From: Oculina patagonica
Taxonomy: Eukaryota
Direction of reading: 5' to 3'
NCBI RefSeq assembly: GCF_052425735.1
Contig: NC_135758.1
Location: 36,580,001 to 36,644,000 of the forward strand
DNA length: 64,000 bases
Below the pieces are notes generated by a model. That model saw nothing but the letters and a program-made list of their open reading frames with translations, had not been told where the DNA came from and ran no database searches. Of the stretch, positions 37,140 through 49,000 are shown piece after piece (the stretch's first letter is position 1; each line of letters begins with the position of its first letter). The translations under genes and the position numbers were made by a program.

Positions 37140-38830
37140 GATGCATACTGACGGTAATAATGTCATACACAGTTGGAAATCTTCACTTTACCTAACTGCG
37201 ATATTTGCTTCCGTTTGTCTTAAAAGGCTGCTCGTCCGTGTATTTAGTCAACTCAATAAGCCAAACAAGCCAGGAACTACAATAGACACAATAGAATCCC
37301 GATTTCTATTTTGGTTTCCGTTGGATAGTACTTCTCTGTAATTTTACTCTCCGATTTCTCGAAGCAATTTTCGTTTCTCCAGGAGGTTCGAGAAATCGGG
37401 ATTCTTATACCTAATCGTACCTTTTTGGTACGCTTGGCGGCATATCAGGCGAGTTTGGTCGACCATGGTTCGTATTTTGGGAGACGCAGTCGAGCCAAAA
37501 TACCCATGGCGAGACTAACAGCCTGATATGCACCGAAGCGTACTAAAAAGGTAGATTAGGTATTTACCGTACCCAAATTCAGCCAAAACTCCGGTTTTTT
37601 ATCGCTCTGTTGAAGCTATGCTTGTAAGGACTTACTGCAAATTTGTTACTGACTAGGTCTTCAACACTTTTACCAAGTCCTTCTTCTGCCTTTTTTTTCA
37701 CTCGTTTTTTAGAGTTTCATTCTCTAAATTTTCAAAATCAAAATAAACCGAAAAATTTGGAAATTCCGACTCATTTTTTCAGTCTGAATGTCTCAGTACT
37801 CATCGGCAAACATCGCGCAATTGGCGAGCGTGGTCAAGTTTAGTTTTGGCGGGAAAGTTTTTCTCTTTTTACGACCGCTAAACACCGCTTAATTTAAATT
37901 ACGAAGTTCTGTTTTATTGGTAAACCTCTTTTCAATTCATCGTACAGTAACACTACTTTACTTCAAAGTGACCGTGATATGGTGGCATATCAGGTCAGTA
38001 ACTTGATATCGTAGGATATCAGGACAGTAGATCGCGCTTCTGATTGGCTACTTGCAAATTTGAGTACGGTAATACTGTATATTGCCAGTTACTCGTTTAT
38101 GCTTGTAAATGTTCCTTTGCTGCCAACAATTACTCCTCTTTGATATTTTTTTCATCCATATGCGTTATCGTTCTTAAACCATTTATTGTTGCGACCACTT
38201 AAAGAAAATATTGCAAAATACACATTGAGCTTAAAAAAAAGTGAAAAAAAAAGAAAAAAGAAAAGGAGTGTGAGAGAAAAGTAAAGGAGAACTAAAAGAA
38301 GAGGAAGAAGAGTCAAAAAAATAAAGCAAGATACCAAGCAACGTGTAGTTCCTTGAAGTATGACGCGGGGATACAATTAGCGTAAGAAATTAGCGAATGA
38401 AGTTTTGCTAAAACAAAACTGAAACACATTCGTTTCTATCCGTTTTTCAAAGGAAGAGATATATTGGCCAACTCACTAACTTAAACGCGAAATAATCATA
38501 GTTAAGAGTGAAATCTCAGTAGAGAATGGAAAAATAAAATAACCAAAAAGTCCCATAGCATTTGATTTTAGTTAGACTTGCCTTTCAATTCTTTTCAACT
38601 TTAAATTGAAACGCAAGTAAATTCACAATTCGCAGTATTATGTCAAGTTGAGTCAACTGGGTTCAAATTGTGAACTGCAATTAGCTCGAGGCAGCTGTTA
38701 GCGTCTTAGCAGCTTCTTAGAAAGGGCAACAGCAAACGGTGAACAAGGACTACTGGAGGGTGTAATATTTATACAGCTGAAAAATCACAGGCTTTGCTTA
38801 ACGTATACTTGGTGAAATGTATTTAAGAAA
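37140..38830. repeat. Left arm of a diverged inverted duplication (partner 44670-45590), interrupted by MITEs
   Basis: At least six collinear reverse-complement blocks, e.g. AAAAAGTCCCATAGCATTT at about 38545 versus AAATGCTATGGGACTTTTT at about 45044. Confidence 0.85.
37290..38079. mobile_element. Nested TA-targeting MITEs
   Basis: AGAATCCCGATTTC...GAAATCGGGATTC; palindrome TACCTAATCGTACCTTTT...AAAAGGTAGATTAGGTA (37408-37562); TACCGTACCCAAATT...AATTTGAGTACGGTA (about 37565-38071). Confidence 0.65.
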
Positions 38831-38844
38831 CATAAATAGACCTA

Positions 38845-38993
38845 ATGAAGATGAAGTGTTCAACATGACTCGAGCATGGGACAAAGAAAAATTCTGAGTC
38901 CCCGACGGGAATCGAACCCATGGCCTCCCAGATACCGGTTGGGCGCTCTAACCAATTGAGCTACGAGAGACTTTACCATCTTTATCATTTACT
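38845..38993 (-). mobile_element. tRNA-derived retroelement fragment with 13-bp TSD
   Basis: Minus-strand A box (TAGCTCAATTGG) and B box (GGTTCGATTCC); ATAAATAGACCTA duplicated at 38832-38844 and 38994-39006. Confidence 0.8.
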
Positions 38994-40664
38994 ATAAATA
39001 GACCTAGTTAAATGCAGATAAATGGGGCCATAAATTACTTGTTCTACGCGCACACAAATCTTTCTCTTAGTCATTTCTGACACTTAATATTATGCGGTCC
39101 GTTCGGTGAAAAGATCATTGTTCGGATTCGGTTTTTGGAGCCCTATGCACCGATCAAGGAATTGCTAGCGATTGTGAGTGACAATGATTTGGAAAAACTT
39201 ACGCGCAAACAATTTAAGAAGTTTACTGCCTTCATCCTCTAGATTCTTGGTGGAACAAAGGACATTGACGAACACTCGATTTCTCTTCAAGGCTCCGTCA
39301 TTCAGAGGTTTACGAAGAAAGAGAGAGCGCCTCTCCATGCAGCTCAACCATTTTATTACGGTATTTAAATGAACTTGTACTGCTTGTACAGTAATTGCAG
39401 CAAAGTTCCAACTGATGCCTTTGTCTCTAAAAGAAGTTGCATTACGTATAAAATTATTCCAAAATAAGAACAAACAGGGCGAATTTAAAACAATCTTTCG
39501 CAGCAGGAATTTAAACTGTGGGTGCCATCGCCTTATATACTAATGAGCGCTTGAAGGGGATTTGCAGGACGGGCTGAAATTATACAAATTCAGAAAACTT
39601 AGTACTATATATTATTCTTTTGATAAACTTAGGAAGGACAAAAACATTGGGCTGGCCCGGCTGTGCTTATTTTATTGCTTGTAAAAATAATTATCTCCCG
39701 TGCTACGTAGTAAACGGAAATACGTTTCAAAGTCATGATTACTACCAGAAATTAATGTGTATTTTTAATCGCCTCAGCTTTACTGATACTTGGTGCTAAG
39801 CTACTCGAGGTAGTCAGAAAACTCGAGCAAATCTTGAATAGCGTATAGAATTAATGAAAAATCTTAGCATTGTTATTTTTTTTCAAAAATAGTGCTGGTG
39901 TAAAATCCCATTCAAGCAACAATCCAATTAATCCCCAATTTGGACAACACATGAGCCTGTTTACAATAAAACTAACACGTAACATGACTACGTTCTGCTC
40001 AAGTTTGGAAATAATTAAACTAAAAACAATTCCTATGACTACCATATTGGAAGCGAAACCGCAGACCGAAATCTAACATGGAAGTTCGGAGAAACTTTTT
40101 GATCCAAATTATTTTGAGTACCTTAGTACAACCTATGCATGGTTGCTGTTAAACAAACTTGAGCTAACATCCTCGGGCTATTGTAACACTCCGGCCTTTT
40201 TGACAAAGCTTTCAAGTGTTTCAAAGAATAAAAGTAACTATTGTCTTAAACTAGTAATTTTAGCCATCTTGCATGTGTAGCATTTGACAATTAAAGCTTA
40301 AAGACAATGAAAGGAAGTAGGTGCGAAGTACGAAAAACTGCGAAGTAATAGACACGAACAAAAGTTACTATACACATGCAAGCTAAAGCCGAAAAATGAG
40401 GTAAAATGTCAATTTAGCTTGAAATTGAACTATTGATTGCATATTGTTGTTCATTTTGAATTACTGTAAAGTTAACAATGGTATAATGTGAGTTGTAGGT
40501 TGTCTGAAACATGTAATAAGAAAACTGTCAAAAAACGTATGTGATTGTTTCTGACAGGAAAGAATCGCAGTTTTTATTCTCCCACAAAGAATGTTCTCTG
40601 TAGTTTGTAATTACAATCTAGAATTTTAGAAGAGTGCATACTTGTATCTCTTTTACTGAGTTAA

Positions 40665-40995
40665 AGGGACTGTGTCACGGCTGAGTTAAGTTTATTTTAT
40701 TACGTTTGCCAAATACTCGCAATGAGACTATACGTTTGCAAAGAAATTACATCTGTGGATCTAAATGACAAAACCATAGCTTCATTACAACCAAATACAT
40801 GTGTCTCCCGGGCGTTACAACTGATCAGTTTGAAAACTGTTCAGCCCAACAGTATTTCAAAAACTCATATCGCAATCCGTTTCAATCTTCTTCCCTTTTG
40901 GCCATCCGTACCTTCTTTCGTACTTGTGTGTTACTGAATTTGATGGCCATTTCCCGTGTCTACTAAATTTGGCTAAAATCCTTGACACGGTCCCT
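40665..40995. mobile_element. Kolobok-like MITE
   Basis: TTAA-AGGGACTGTGTCA ... TGACACGGTCCCT-TTAA. Confidence 0.75.
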
Positions 40996-43900
40996 TTAAG
41001 AACAACGCCACAGTCTCCCCGGTATCTGTTCATGGCCGAGACTGTTCATCGACAAAGCCGTGACGAACGATTTAGCCATGTTGCTAGTAACTACCAGTAA
41101 TTATTATTTAGAGTTATCGGTCCCGCCAGACTGATGAGTGATGATAATTAACATATCAGTAATCTAATGAAGCCACGTGACCTTTTATGCCACGGTCGCC
41201 ACGCTGAGATAAGGCAACACGTTTCAGTGAAACAACTCTTGCGCTAATTTGTCGTGAAGAAAGCATTCGCAGATGGATTTATGGTTTTCACTGAACGGTA
41301 ATCCCATTCCAGGTTACTGAACTCCGGATTCATGTCAAGTAAAACGTTTAAAATTACATTATTAACGATTACTTTTGCAGATTGGGAGCACCTTAGAACT
41401 GAAGATTGCCTATTCAAATAGAAACATGCAAATTAATAACTTTTTAGCCCCAGTCGCGATAAGTGCCAGTAAAAGATTGTGCCAAAATAAATAGGGCAAT
41501 GTTCTGGGTTTGGCTGCAAATAGTAAATCACTCAAAGCTGGAATGCCAATGCAAGGCCAGCTAATCACTGGTAGTTCTCATCAATATCAGAGGTCATTTG
41601 TTTGTCTCCTTGTTTACAAAAGTAATTCAAGGGTAATTGTTTATTTACAAAAGGGGAAGCAACAAAAACGATCTCACCAGAACGATTTATTTTTTTTCGT
41701 GTGGTGTCAGTATTAATCGTCTTTCTTGCCATTGTCGGACTGCAGAAATCTTGTAATTAAAGTTTGAAAAGTTGAATAATGACCGAAAAGATTTACTGAG
41801 AATGAAAGTTTTTTTAGTCAAGCAACTTAAGTATAATTATAGCGATTATGAGAGTAATAAATTCCTGGTCAAAAAAACGAGAGGATAATCTGTCAAAACA
41901 ACGCATTTATGATCGATTAGTTAAACATGTTCTAACAACCCTTTTAGAGGTACTGTATCTTAAATTGTTGAATTTCGGACCCTCCCCGTGATGAATGGGA
42001 GATATCTAACCGTAATGTCAAGCTTGCAACGTAATGTTCCGGCTTTGGACGTGATCAGGCATATTAAACTTACTTGCACTGAGCTGGTTACTGAAGCAAC
42101 CTCGTATTTCAGGATTTCTACAGTACAACATACCACCTGCTTGTTGGTTTCAAAGCATTTGATTGTCTAATTCTTAAATCGGCTTTTTTTTTTACCTTTT
42201 TTGTTGTCAATGAGATTAAACTTTTGAATTTCGTAGGGGTTAATTGCAAATCCCCTGTTCTGATTACTTTAGTGTATATCGATCCTCTTTTTGTTGTATT
42301 AACACCAATTGCTTCACAAAAAGCTTCAGTACAGAACTTCTTTGAGTGAAGTAGTGATAGGAGTGATTAAAAGAAAAAAAAAACATTTTCATTCGTGGTA
42401 GATAGTTTTATTACGGAGCCTGCGTTGCTTTCTAAATCAAATCATATGACACATTTTATATTCATATACCAACTTAAATGGTAACGTTTTTACAACTCTC
42501 AGTTTTTAGTACATAAATTAATGACCTTTATACCTTCGACCTTCTGACCACGGTAGTACGAAGGATCAGAAATATGAATTCCTTCTTATTGATTACATTT
42601 GGTGGAACGTTTAGACAATATTCCCTATTTGACTTACTCACTCTCTTTTTAAAACCTATCTGTTGACACGAATTCTGCAAGGAAAAGCTAGTTGTTTTAA
42701 AATCCCCCTTAGAAATCAAACAAGGCAGATTGTTTAACTGATTTCATTTTAAGTGATATTTTGATTGTTTGAGCAAGCCAACCAATACTGAAATATTTAA
42801 CGGTCCTACTGAAACGTTTAAAGAATTAGTAAACAACAGTGTATTGAAGTACTGTTTCTCATGCATGTGGTACAATAATAACCCTACAGCAGGTACCTGC
42901 TACCCGGCTTTCAAAAATTGATTTATTTTGAACAAGAATACCTGTTCCATGATAAACACGTGGGAGTACCTCATGTCTGATAGCACTTTTTATGGGACTA
43001 TACATCGACCTTTTCTTAATAGAATAGCAAACAAAGCCTCGTGATTTCTACCCTTTAGGAGCTAAACTACAAAAGAAATACTCCACCCGACTTGGTAAAA
43101 ATGATATATTGAAATGGAGAACCTACTACATCCTATTTTTAGACAAAACACTTTCACAAATGTCTGCATGCATACGAAAAAGAAGAAACACATTAGCACC
43201 TTGGTAATATATGTTTTATTCAGTTTACTGTTCAAGAGGGCTGCATATTCAGTAATTCAAGACATTCGAGTTTTATAGCCCGGGGTAATGCCCGGCTGGA
43301 ATTTTCTTTTCCTTCCCTAAAGGAGTCGAATTTAGTGCGGATTTTTTGAACGAATTCGAGTCAGGCGGCAAAATCTCAAAAATAGTAGTGAGATTTTGTT
43401 TTGTTTTATTCAGTAAAAGAAATCTTAGTACTTACAATGATTTGTAAAGACTTGGGAAGAAACTGACGAGAGAGTACAGAAAGAGGCTCAGTTTTGAACT
43501 CCAGCGCTAGGTTATTTTAAATACCGTATGTTTTTAAACTGTAAGATCTTAAAATATCTTTGAAATTAGCCAAAGTGTACTGTGTTTAAGTTTGCTTCTC
43601 TGGCCAATAATACGGTCTAATTGTACCTTTAAAATTATTATTTTCTTTTCTTTTGAAAAGTGAACGCGTTTAAGTTATTATTAATTGTGGTAGTGAGATA
43701 AGCGGTGAACTATTAGATATCATTGACAACCCACCTAAACCAGCAAAAATGTTTTAAGATTTTCATTTAGTCTCGCCGACAGCTATTTTAACGAGTGTGA
43801 AAAGTACTATTCACGTTTTCGTACAATGGCAAATTCTTTTATTAATATGGGGTTGTCGACTAGTATATTTTTCTCAAGGGCTGCAAAATTACCATCTTAT

Positions 43901-44669
43901 ATACATGTTACTGGTACGATGAATTAACTAAAATTATACCCTTTGTTATGGAATGGTGTCAAGTACTAACAAAAGGATCACACACTAAGCATAAACTTTT
44001 ACTTTCCATTGTCTAGTGTGAGGTCAATGGACCTCTAAACTTTAACAAAAAGAAAGATCGGTTAATTTTAAATGTTGTGTGATCAATTGAGAGGTTTGTT
44101 TGGATTTTCTTAAGTGGTTCAGAGTATTTTTTCAAATGTCGACCGTTTCATCTTGCAATATGTAGCTCCCAAAACGAAAAAACTTTGTAACTATAAATTT
44201 GTTCTTCTACGAATTAGTCCCCGGGGAAAAGTACTTTGCCCGTCTGACAAGAATGAATATATTCATACACTTCTCTATTCGAGTAGAATAAAGATTAAAA
44301 GAAACTTTCAGTCAATAAATGGAAAATCTTTTAGTAGTTAAGCTTGTATTATAAAAAGGAATTTATCCAGTAATTCGGACTGGGCTGATCAGAAATCAAA
44401 CCAAATTTCCAGGCCAAGAGATTTGTTAACCATACAAGTTAATTTGAAGTTTGAAAAAAAGGAAACATAAAAAAAGGTAACATGAATAGCATCTTCGAAG
44501 TTAAAGCCCAAAGGCTGAGAGTTGAATCGACTTAGTTTATCCCTATGACACACAACTTGTTACGCAAAACATTCGGTTGTTGATGATGTACAAAACGATT
44601 TTCTTTTGGTCTAAAATTTCAGGCAAATTACAATCAGTCGCTTCCTTAAAGTCTCATTTTACGTGTAAT

Positions 44670-45590
44670 TCTGAATTTTATTTAACCAAATATACATCAA
44701 ATGAACCCCCTGTGTATTTTTCAGCTGTCTAAATATCACACCCTGTATGTACTTCCTTGGTCGTTTGCTGTTGCTCTTTCTAAGGAGCTGCCAACAGCTG
44801 CCTCAAGCAAATTGCACTTCACAATTTGAGCAACGGTTTTCCCAATGCAGAATAAACTTGATACATAAATAAGTCAAGACATCGCTTAAAGGGCAACTGG
44901 AATTAAAGATATCAGACAGTATCCAATTGTGCAAAACTAAATATGAATCCCTATTAACTTCACATGACGCACTACGAACGTTCAGTTTACGTATACTTAC
45001 ATTTCTAAGTAAACGAAAGTGAAAGGCACGCCTACCTAAATTGAAATGCTATGGGACTTTTTTGTTAAGATTTTCTTTTTCCATTCTTAACTCAGTAAGA
45101 TTTTGCCCGTATTCGCGATTCATAAATTACGCGCTGAAGTAAAAAAGAACCCAACTTCAGCTATTCTGTTCACTTTTGTTTTGTGACTTGGTGAATAACT
45201 TCCTTTGAGAAAAGATTGTGTTCAAGTTTTGTTTTAGCAAATCTTCATTCGCTATTGTATCCCTGGGTCATGCTTCAATAAAGTACGCGTTGCTTGGTAG
45301 CCATCTTTTTTTTTAAATCTAGGTGTTCGTTTTAAATAATAATGTCTGTAAGTGCCCGCAACAATGACTTGAATTTGGATTAAAAAATTATTAAAGAGCA
45401 TCGATTGTTGGCCGAAAAGCAACATTTACGACCACAAAATAAAACGAGTGAATTGTAGTTGCATATTCGAGGCTTGCCGAGTTCCCTAAATACACGGGCG
45501 GGTAGTATTTAGAGACAAATGGAGACAAATAATGCAATTAGGTAAAGTGGAGATTTCCATCTATTGTGTATGACATTATTACAGTCTATG
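44670..45590. repeat. Right arm of the diverged inverted duplication
   Basis: Reverse complement of blocks in 37140-38830, e.g. CGTTTGCTGTTGCTCTTTCTAAGGAGCTGC (about 44762) versus GCAGCTTCTTAGAAAGGGCAACAGCAAACG (about 38709). Confidence 0.85.
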
Positions 45591-46080
45591 GAGAGAATTA
45601 CAAAATGTAAACATTCTGCTAACGTAGCTAGAAACAAAGCAAAATCGATGAGCAAACTACAGTACATCCAGAAAAGAGGGTAACATAAGCCGAAGACTTG
45701 CCCACTTTCGCATAATTTTTCAAAGTTCTGAAGGTGTCAACCTATTACCACTAAAGCCAAAAAGCAATCAGCCTTTTGCATTTTAATGCGCAGATCCCTT
45801 TATGACGTCCGCTGGGAACACTTTCGCGGAAAACCGCAATTAAGTTATAATAACTTGGTTCTGGCAGCGCTAATTAGTCAGTCTGCACAGCTCGAGCAAG
45901 AAAGCAGATCAAGAATCTCGGCAGGCCACTTCAGGAGGACGTTATAAGGTAAATTTCACTCCTTCAATTTTTTCTTGTGTTACGTTCATTGTGCATTTTT
46001 GTATGGATCTTCTCATTCGCGCAATTCTTACGGTACTCATGACTGGATTTTTGCAGGGTTTTCTTTCTAATTCCGTCGAA

Positions 46081-49000
46081 ATGCCCAGAGCTTTTCTCGT
46101 AAGGAGTCAGATCAAAGAGCAGCCCGAAGGAAGTTTTTCTGCTACAGTGGAAGCTATGAGCGGTAAGATTTTTTTTTTGATTTACTGTAGTGTAGGGTAC
46201 GTGGATAGCGTTGTACACATGCCCGATAAGATTTATTACCTCCTAAAATTAGGTGACGACTCTTGTCTGCTTGTACTCGTAGTCTAAACATCAAGCGGAT
46301 CAATTGACTTGTAACTTCGAGCTTGCGCAGAATAACGGAGCTTCATCAAGCAATACTCTAAAAAAAAAAAAAAACTGTTAGGCCTTTTCGCCTTATATTG
46401 TAAAATTAGCTTGGCCAGTTTAAATTGTGCATTTGCCTGGCAGAAAAATTACTTAATTTAAGAACACTAACAGAAGTGTCAAGTTCTGGAGCGCTTACCA
46501 TTTGAAGGGAGAAACCAGTTTTTCTGATAAAAAATCAAATGAAACAGTCCTTCCCACTGAAAAGTTTTCGGAAAAAATGGAATAATTAGAGGTTTTTTTT
46601 TTTTTTTTTTTTTTTTTCCGGATTTTGGAATTTTTTTTTTTTTTTTTTTTTTTTTCTTTTTCTCTCTCTTTAATCCTTCGGGGAAAAAAAAATTTTTTTT
46701 AAAAATTTTTTTTTTTTTTTCTTTCTTTTTTTTTTTTTTTTTTTTCCTTTCCCGGAAGGAGCCCGTTTCCACACAAGTGGAAAGCGCTCGATTCTGGTCA
46801 TTTTGAGAGCGATGAGTCATTGCGCAACAGTTGCGCTCTTGTTCGCGAAAGGCCTAGGACTAGTATTCTTACTAAATTTTCAATTTTGATCCATTGCATC
46901 TTCTGCTAAGTTAAAATATCTTTAAAGTTTTTAATCAACGAAAAAAAATATGTATTTTACGAAAAGTAATTTTGCTCAATTTTTTCGGGCGCTTTTCATT
47001 AGTAAGAACTGGCCGTCCGTCCGGTGGTTTTGAATGTGAAATGGACCTTTCCCACGAGAGTTTCCCACAAATCTACCACAACAATGTCTAATATTTATAC
47101 GTTGACTGATTTGTCACAGGGCAAATCTGACTATTAAACAACGAAAATCTGTTCTCGAATCAACCGGTCTGGCTGGCCAGTTCTAACTAATGGAAAGTGC
47201 CCTTTTAGATTCGAGTTTCATTTCACTCAGGTTATATGAAGTTTTTCTTCTGTTCAGAGTTTAACTTCCTAATTAAAAAAAATTGACCGACCAACTAATT
47301 ACCCTGTAACTTTTTCCAATTAATTAATAAATTAACTAGTAAATTAATTAATTAGGTCCTTAAGCAGACCACAAATTTCATGCCTTTTTCTGCTCTTACA
47401 AGGGCTTCTTTTATTAGGGTTAACAAATAATGCAATTATTTTGGAGGCAAGCGTGGCCGAGTGGTTTAGGGCGCTGGTGTTGTAATCGGAGGTCACCGGT
47501 TCAAGGCCTGCCCTTGCCACTAGCTGGATTTGTTTCTCGGTTGTCCCGAGTTTAAATCCTCGGTCACGCTTTGTATTAGCACTGGTATGCATCCTGCCAG
47601 TTGGGATTTTTACCTTGTTATGTTTTTTATTATTTGTTTCCTATGTTTCAGTGGCATGCCTGTAAACTAGCTATCTCAATGAGATATGAAGCTAAGTGCA
47701 TGACCACTATAAACACATTTTTTTTTTTTTTTTTTTTTTGAACGAGGTTAAGAAAAATATCGAGAATTGTCAGTGGAAAGCAGAGTTTTCGGTTTAGCAG
47801 AAATTTAAAATCGTTCTCTCTCAACTATGGAAAACGAGCTACCATATTTCTCAGAAGTGGACACAACTACACATGAGCAGAACTCATTGTTTGCTGCCAA
47901 ATCACTGTCAGTCGGTAATGTAGGCATTTATTTGCAGATCACGTGGTGGGCTTTCGGCCAATGAAAAAGGGGGAATGTATCGAATGAAAATTACCTTATT
48001 ATAGGAAATTAATGCTTCATGAAATTAACGCGAATTCGGTTAGTTTTTGTTAACGTTAATTTCCCCGCCGCTAATTAAGTGAAGCGTTAATTTACATGAC
48101 TTAAATTTCCGTTATTTGGCCCCAATTTCTCGATACAGTCCAGGCTTTCTTAACTCCTAGGAAAAAGCATTATTGTATCAGGGTGGAAATCAGCTGTCAG
48201 AAGCGGTGAGATTTGAGAAAGCACCACGAACATTATTTCTGTTTAAGATTATACGCCAATAGTGTTGAAATAAACTTGTTCCTGTTGTAATTTCCTTCAT
48301 TTTGAAATGTTCCCCTCTCTCGAGTTAATTTCCTTTATTGGAAAGTAATTTTCTCTTCAATTCGCGTTAATTTAACTCGCGTTAATTTCAAATACCTTAA
48401 CTAACAATGTTTTGCAAATAACTACAATCGCTTCCTTTTCTTGTGTAGTAACAAAATTATTTAATTTTCGTTAATCGGTAATATCTTTTCCAGTTTGCAA
48501 TTGGTTGAAGTAATTACACAACTCCCTTAATTACAACTCATTTGGAAGTGAATTTCGTAATTGAACACAATTAATATTTGCATACCTCGGAGCGAACGGT
48601 CTCTTGATTTAATTAGAGTAATTAAAACTCATTTGGATATGCCATAATACGATTTTCAATTCGTAAATATCATTCCACAAAACAAGCCTGATGCAGATAT
48701 TCTGAAGAGTTTTCTATGCCACATTCGCTCAGGTATCCGGACGGAGCTATTCGCTTGTAAAGCATAAGGTACAATGGTTATCATGATTGATCTTGTCTGG
48801 TATGACCACTTTTACTATTTTGTAGAAGAAAATAATTCTCTTTCTTTCTTTTTTTTTCTTGCTTTATTATTTAACACCACAGCACTACATTACATTATGC
48901 GACAACACAATGCATTATTTCACACTTCACTCTTTACAAATAATCTACATTACACTAACACGTTGTATTACATTGCGTTGCACTGCACTAAGTTATGTAA

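Noticed and set aside
38830-44670. Transposase or other gene inside the large inverted repeat
   Set aside because: Only short ORFs without recognisable motifs; scattered TGTTTAC and AGATAA sites are expected by chance in AT-rich DNA.
46479-46820. Poly-lysine protein ORF
   Set aside because: Translation of homopolymer runs inside a MITE.
47443-47520. Functional tRNA-Tyr gene (GTA in the loop)
   Set aside because: Stems are imperfect and the sequence continues into a SINE body with a T-rich end.
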